A stretch of 64,000 nucleotides of DNA from Candidatus Sericytochromatia bacterium. Lineage in GTDB: Bacteria > Cyanobacteriota > Sericytochromatia > UBA7694 > JACMQJ01. The first letter of the stretch is position 1. Each line of letters begins with the position of its first letter. Positions 59,486 to 64,000 of this stretch are shown one piece after another. The DNA lies in the NCBI GenBank assembly GCA_026004035.1, contig BPII01000009.1, forward strand, positions 31,304-95,303, in the 5' to 3' direction. Below the pieces are notes generated by a model, which did not search any database, was not told the origin of the DNA, and was given only the letters and a program-made list of their open reading frames with translations. The translations under genes were made by a program, and so were the position numbers.

Positions 59486-61504
59486 ATGGCTGTTAAATCA
59501 TCAAAAAAAAATTTAAAAAAACTATTAGATATTGCTCAAGATAGAAAAATACAAAAACTTAATCCAGAACAGAAACTAAGTCTTTGTATGATTGTAAAAA
59601 ATGAGGAAGAAAATTTAGAACGATGTTTAAAAAGTGTAGAAGGTATTGTTGATGAAATAGTTATAGTAGATACGGGTTCTACAGATAAAACAGTAGATAT
59701 AGCAAAAAAAAATGGTGCAAAAGTATTTTATTATGAATGGGAAAATGATTTTGGAAAAGCAAGGAACGAAGCTATAAGAAATGCAACTGGAGATTGGATA
59801 TTAGTTTTAGATGCTGATGAAGAATTAGATAAAAATACAAAAGATAATATAAGAGCATTTTTAGTTGATATTGGTAAAGATTTTGCTTATCAATTAAAAA
59901 TAAAAAGTTTTGACTATAAAAACAATCTAACAATAGAAAACTATATGGTTAGACTTTTCAAAAAATCTCCAAACATAAGATTTTTTGGAAGAATACATGA
60001 ATATTTAGTGGGTACTTCAAGTATTATTAACATAAGTCATGAAAGTTTAAGTATCATTCATCATGGATATAAAGATAAAGAGAAAGTAAATAAGAAAAAT
60101 TTGGAAAGAAATTTACCAATATTAAAAATGTCTTTAGAAGATAAAAATATTTCTGATTTACATAAAAGCTTTATGTATTTTTACTTAGGAACATCTTATA
60201 CAAATAACAATGAGCTTGATATTGCTATAGATTATTTAGAGAAGTCAGTAAAATACTTAAAAGATAAAGAAAATCAACCTACAGTTGCAATTTACCCTTA
60301 TATAAAATTGCTAAATCTTTATACTTTTCAAAGAAAATTTGACAAGTTAGAAGAAGTTTTAAAAAAATCTCAAGATGATTTTAAAGAAGTTTTGAATACA
60401 GGTGATTATTGGTATTTCTATGGAATTCTTCAGAAAGAAAAAAATAATAATAATGAAGCTATAAATTATTTTAATAAAGCTATTGCTAATTTTGAAGATG
60501 AATCAAAATCTCTTTTTCTTCTAGCACTAGATAAAACCCCATATTATTATGCTATTTATCAAATAGCTGAATTATATTTTAACTCTGGAAATAATGAAGA
60601 AGCTAGAGTATATTTGGATAAAGCTATGAAATTTTTAAAAGAATTTACTTATCCTGCTTATTTTGTTATTGTAGCTAAACTATATGAAAAATTAAATGAT
60701 TTTAATAAAGCCTTGGAAATTTATAATTATTTATTAGAAAATTCTTTAGATATATACAAAAATGAACTAAAAAATTATATATCTAATATATATCTTAAAC
60801 AAAATAAATTTGCTGATGCTATAAAATTACAAGCTGAAATACATAATCCTAACTTAGTTAAAGAAAATTGGTATTATTTAGCACAGAGCTTAGAAGATGA
60901 AAAAATATTCCCAAGTGCTGAAGAAATATATTCTGTTATAATAGATATTATACCTGAAGAAGTTAGAGCATACTTAGGTAGAGCAGTTTCAAGATTAATA
61001 CAAAACAAAGTTGTAGATGCTTTATCAGATTTAGCATTAGCTAAAAAATTTGCTAATAATAAAGATGATTTGTTAAAGATAGCAATTATATATTTGCAAA
61101 TTGGACAATTAAATCAGTCAAAAAATATTTTAAACTCTATATTAGAAGCTGAACCTACTGACCTTGAATCAAATTTGTATTTAGCAAGTATAGAACAATC
61201 TGAAGGTAAATTTGTGGAATCAGCTAATAGACTTGAAAGAATGATTAGTATATATGATAACAATACAAAACCTTATATTCAACTTGGTAACCTTTTTATA
61301 ACTATAGGAAAAATAGAAGAAGCAGAAAATATTTTTAGTAAAGTATTAGAATTAGATAAATTAAATCCTTATGCTTACTATGCTTTATCGTTATGTAATA
61401 TACAAAAAGGTGAAAAAGATAAAGCTTTGTATAACTTAGAAAAAAGTCTTGAATTGGAACCAACAAATCAAGGACTTATTGAGTTATATAGTAATATACA
61501 ATAA
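59486..61504 (+). CDS. SunS-like family-2 glycosyltransferase with a long C-terminal TPR array
   Basis: LSLCMIVKNEEENL, IVIVDTGSTDKT, YEWENDFGKARN, WILVLDADEEL, FFGRIHEYL, IIHHGYKD, then ~450 aa of TPR repeats. Confidence 0.8.
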   Translation: MAVKSSKKNLKKLLDIAQDRKIQKLNPEQKLSLCMIVKNEEENLERCLKSVEGIVDEIVIVDTGSTDKTVDIAKKNGAKVFYYEWENDFGKARNEAIRNATGDWILVLDADEELDKNTKDNIRAFLVDIGKDFAYQLKIKSFDYKNNLTIENYMVRLFKKSPNIRFFGRIHEYLVGTSSIINISHESLSIIHHGYKDKEKVNKKNLERNLPILKMSLEDKNISDLHKSFMYFYLGTSYTNNNELDIAIDYLEKSVKYLKDKENQPTVAIYPYIKLLNLYTFQRKFDKLEEVLKKSQDDFKEVLNTGDYWYFYGILQKEKNNNNEAINYFNKAIANFEDESKSLFLLALDKTPYYYAIYQIAELYFNSGNNEEARVYLDKAMKFLKEFTYPAYFVIVAKLYEKLNDFNKALEIYNYLLENSLDIYKNELKNYISNIYLKQNKFADAIKLQAEIHNPNLVKENWYYLAQSLEDEKIFPSAEEIYSVIIDIIPEEVRAYLGRAVSRLIQNKVVDALSDLALAKKFANNKDDLLKIAIIYLQIGQLNQSKNILNSILEAEPTDLESNLYLASIEQSEGKFVESANRLERMISIYDNNTKPYIQLGNLFITIGKIEEAENIFSKVLELDKLNPYAYYALSLCNIQKGEKDKALYNLEKSLELEPTNQGLIELYSNIQ

Positions 61505-61690
61505 TAAAGAATGAAAAAATCTTTGCATTTAAATATAAATAAATAAAGGTTATTCAGTATTAAAAAAATTTTTTATACTCAAAGTTCTTTAATTTTAATT
61601 TTTCCAAAAAGTAAAATGTTGAATAGTAAAGCTTTGTAGGAATTAAAAAAGTGTAAACCAATTTTAGTTTAGTATACTATAATAAAGTAG

Positions 61691-62585
61691 TTAATAATGC
61701 CAAGGAAACTTACTAAAATTTTTTTCTCTTTTTTCTATAAAAGCATTTCTACCTTCCATTGCTTCTTCTGTTCCATAAGCTAATCTTGTAGCTTCACCAG
61801 CAAATATTTGTTGTCCAACTAGACCATCATCTATTAAATTAAATCCAAACTTTAACATTCTTATAGCAGTTGGACTTTTTGAATTAATTTCTTTTGCCCA
61901 TTCTAAAGCAAAGTCTTCTAATTCATTATGAGAAACAACTTCATTAACCATTCCCATTTCTTTTGCTTCAATAGCTGAGTAGGTTTTACCTATGAAAAAT
62001 ATTTCTCTTGCTCTTTTTTGTCCAATTATTCTTGCCAAATAAGCTGAACCATAACCTGAATCAAAACTTGCTACATCAGCGTCAGTTTGCTTGAATTTTG
62101 CATGTTCTTTACTAGCAATAGATAAATCACAAACAACATGCAAACTATGTCCCCCACCTACTGCCCAACCTGACACAACCAGCTATTACAACTTTTGGCA
62201 TAAATCTTATTAATCTTTGAACTTCTAGTATATGTAATCTACCCAATTTTGTTTCATCTATGTTTCCATTTTCTTCAGTATATTTATAACCATCTTTACC
62301 TCTTATTTTTTGATCACCACCTGAACAGAAAGCCCAACCTCCATCTTTAGGTGATGGTCCATTTCCTGTAAGTAAAACACAACCAACATCTGTTGAAATT
62401 CTAGCATGTTCAAGAGCTGTATATAATTCATCAACAGTTTGCGGTCTGAAAGCATTTCTAACTTCAGGACGATTAAATGCTATTCTAACTGTTCCTGACT
62501 TTTTAGCTCTATGATAAGTTATATCTTTAAAATTAAATTTATCTATTTCTATCCACTCATTTGGATTAAAAATTTCTGATACCAT
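61691..62585 (-). pseudogene. menB: 1,4-dihydroxy-2-naphthoyl-CoA synthase, one frameshift at ~62177-62180
   Basis: N-terminal ORF (RIAFNRPEVRNAF, FCSGGDQK, KVVIAG) and C-terminal ORF (SGWAVGGGHSLHVVCDLSIAS...FPWHY) overlap at 62145-62176. Removing one T from GGTT gives KVVIAGVSGWAVGGGH. Confidence 0.85.
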
Positions 62586-62593
62586 AGTACCTC

Positions 62594-63982
62594 CTAAACT
62601 TTATTAAAATCTAATTCACCTTCCCATTTAGCTATTACTGCTGAAGCTAAACAGTTCCCTATAACATTTACGGATGTTCTAGCCATATCCATTAACTCAT
62701 CTATACCTAATATAATAAATATTGGTTCAACAGGTAATCCAAAAGATGTAGCTGTTCCTAATAGTATGACAAGTGAAGCTCTCGGAACACCAGCAACACC
62801 TTTACTAGTTATCATTAAAGTTAATAACATAATTATTTGAGTTCCAAAACTCATTTCAATTCCTGCTGCTTGTGCTACAAATACAGAAGCTAGAGCTAAA
62901 TAAAGAGTTGTTCCATCAAGATTAAAACTATAACCAGTTGGTAAAACAAATGCTATTATTTTTCTTGGTATTCCAAATTTTTCTAACTTTTCCATTGCTT
63001 TTGGTAAAGCTGCATCTGAACTTGTTGTTGCAAAAGCTATTGAAACAGGCTCTATTATAGCTTTTGTGAAATTTTTTATAGGTAACTTTATAATTAATGC
63101 AATTGGTATTAAAACTATTAAAATAAAAATAATTAAAGCAATATATAAAGTAGCAAGTAATTTAAATAAATTAAAAAGAACACTTAATCCCATATGTCCT
63201 ACTGTGTAAGCCATAGCTGCACCTACACCAATGGGAGCAAATAACATAACAATACTAGTAAATTTAAACATTACTTCTGATAGTCCTTCGCAAAGTTCTA
63301 TTATAGGTTTCCTATGATTTTCATTAACCATAGCTAATGCTATACCAAAAATAATACTAAATATAACTATTTGCAAAACTTGGCCTTCAGCTACTGATTT
63401 TGCTATATTTTCAGGGAATATATGTAATAAAATATCACTAAAAGTTTGTTGCTTTACCTCAGGTAATTTTTCTAAATGTTCTGATTTTGGTAGATTTATT
63501 CCTACCCCTGCTTTACTTATATTTATTGCAAATAATCCTATAAATAAAGCTAATGTTGTAACAATTTCAAAGTATATTAAAGATTTAATCCCCATTCTTC
63601 CTATTTGTTTTAAATTAGAATGTCCAGCTATACCTACAACTAATGTAGCAAATAAAAGAGGTGCTATTATTGTTTTTATTAGCTTTAAAAAAATTTTGCT
63701 TAATACTTTTAATGAAACTGCTAACTCAGGAAAATCATAACCGAACTCAATACCAATTATCATGCTTATAAATATCCAAGTAGTTAACGATTTTTTATTA
63801 AAAGCATATATACATAATGAAAAAATAGTAATCCATCTTATAGACATTAAAAAATAATCAGATAAATTTATAAATCCTAAATAATCTATAGATGTTATAA
63901 ATAGTGATATTAAAACAAAAACTATAGAAACAATATTTATTTTATTCATAAAATTACCTATATTAAAAAAATAATTATACAA
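62594..63982 (-). CDS. dicarboxylate/amino acid:cation symporter (DAACS, GltP/GltT-like)
   Basis: SSDAALP, NLDGT and ARTSVNVIGN motifs in a ~440-460-aa polytopic protein. The start may be an internal Met (e.g. MNKINIV at 63946). Confidence 0.85.
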   Translation of the reverse strand: MYNYFFNIGNFMNKINIVSIVFVLISLFITSIDYLGFINLSDYFLMSIRWITIFSLCIYAFNKKSLTTWIFISMIIGIEFGYDFPELAVSLKVLSKIFLKLIKTIIAPLLFATLVVGIAGHSNLKQIGRMGIKSLIYFEIVTTLALFIGLFAINISKAGVGINLPKSEHLEKLPEVKQQTFSDILLHIFPENIAKSVAEGQVLQIVIFSIIFGIALAMVNENHRKPIIELCEGLSEVMFKFTSIVMLFAPIGVGAAMAYTVGHMGLSVLFNLFKLLATLYIALIIFILIVLIPIALIIKLPIKNFTKAIIEPVSIAFATTSSDAALPKAMEKLEKFGIPRKIIAFVLPTGYSFNLDGTTLYLALASVFVAQAAGIEMSFGTQIIMLLTLMITSKGVAGVPRASLVILLGTATSFGLPVEPIFIILGIDELMDMARTSVNVIGNCLASAVIAKWEGELDFNKV

Positions 63983-64000
63983 GAAAATATAAAGTTTTTA

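Noticed and set aside
1-64000. An alternative genetic code (UGA recoding) as an explanation for the broken genes. Also scanned for CRISPR arrays, rRNA, prophage and integrase, and known defence-system hallmarks.
   Set aside because: The breaks are frame changes, not in-frame TGA codons. Trp is encoded by TGG and TGA is used as a genuine stop (e.g. 13872-13874). No repeat-spacer array, rRNA-like sequence, integrase, reverse transcriptase, or recognisable restriction or abortive-infection gene set was seen.

Overview
Very AT-rich bacterial chromosome segment (G+C judged by eye at about a quarter, not computed). It uses the standard genetic code, mostly TAA stops, and is densely packed with genes on both strands. 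All identifications below come from motif recognition in the supplied translations and my own hand translations; nothing was searched.

The gene content is that of a low-GC diderm:
- Envelope: lpxB, an LpxL-type acyltransferase, an LptF/G permease, a BamB-like PQQ propeller lipoprotein, and an SLH + OprB-type porin.
- Housekeeping and metabolism: dapF, rlmD, pruA, hutI, icd, menB, miaB, cls, mscS, Pit/DUF47, ppsR, dps, cytochrome c peroxidase, uraH, and one tRNA-Arg(CCU).
- The SLH-anchored porin hints at a cyanobacteria-related non-photosynthetic lineage (Melainabacteria/Margulisbacteria-like) or another SLH-porin diderm. This placement is unresolved.

No rRNA, CRISPR array, prophage, integrase or recognisable defence system was seen. 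Points worth a second look:
1. A roughly 140-bp MITE family (3 copies) whose inverted-repeat ends match two decayed IS1-like remnants.
2. A block from 28.3 to 36.5 kb. It holds an HTH-XRE/TPR regulator divergent from a vWA-lipoprotein operon, with a perfect 17-bp tandem repeat and a near-consensus promoter between them. Next to it lies an operon of a Hanks kinase-TPR protein and a SunS-like GT2-TPR-GT2 glycosyltransferase. Two more SunS-like paralogues sit elsewhere in the window.
3. A minus-strand operon of an orphan LuxR-type response regulator, a small membrane protein and a ~5.4 kb gene for a giant repeat protein of no family I recognise.
4. A CdaA-YbbR fusion and an orphan PilB/GspE-like ATPase with a degenerate His box.
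5. Strikingly localised clusters of frameshifts, many of them at homopolymers. They break the giant gene, miaB, a carboxyltransferase, an Rpn-type nuclease, menB, a TauE exporter, two other genes and possibly more. This is either real gene decay or unpolished assembly patches next to repeats.

I did not find a clear-cut, self-contained novel system. The candidates above are hypotheses.
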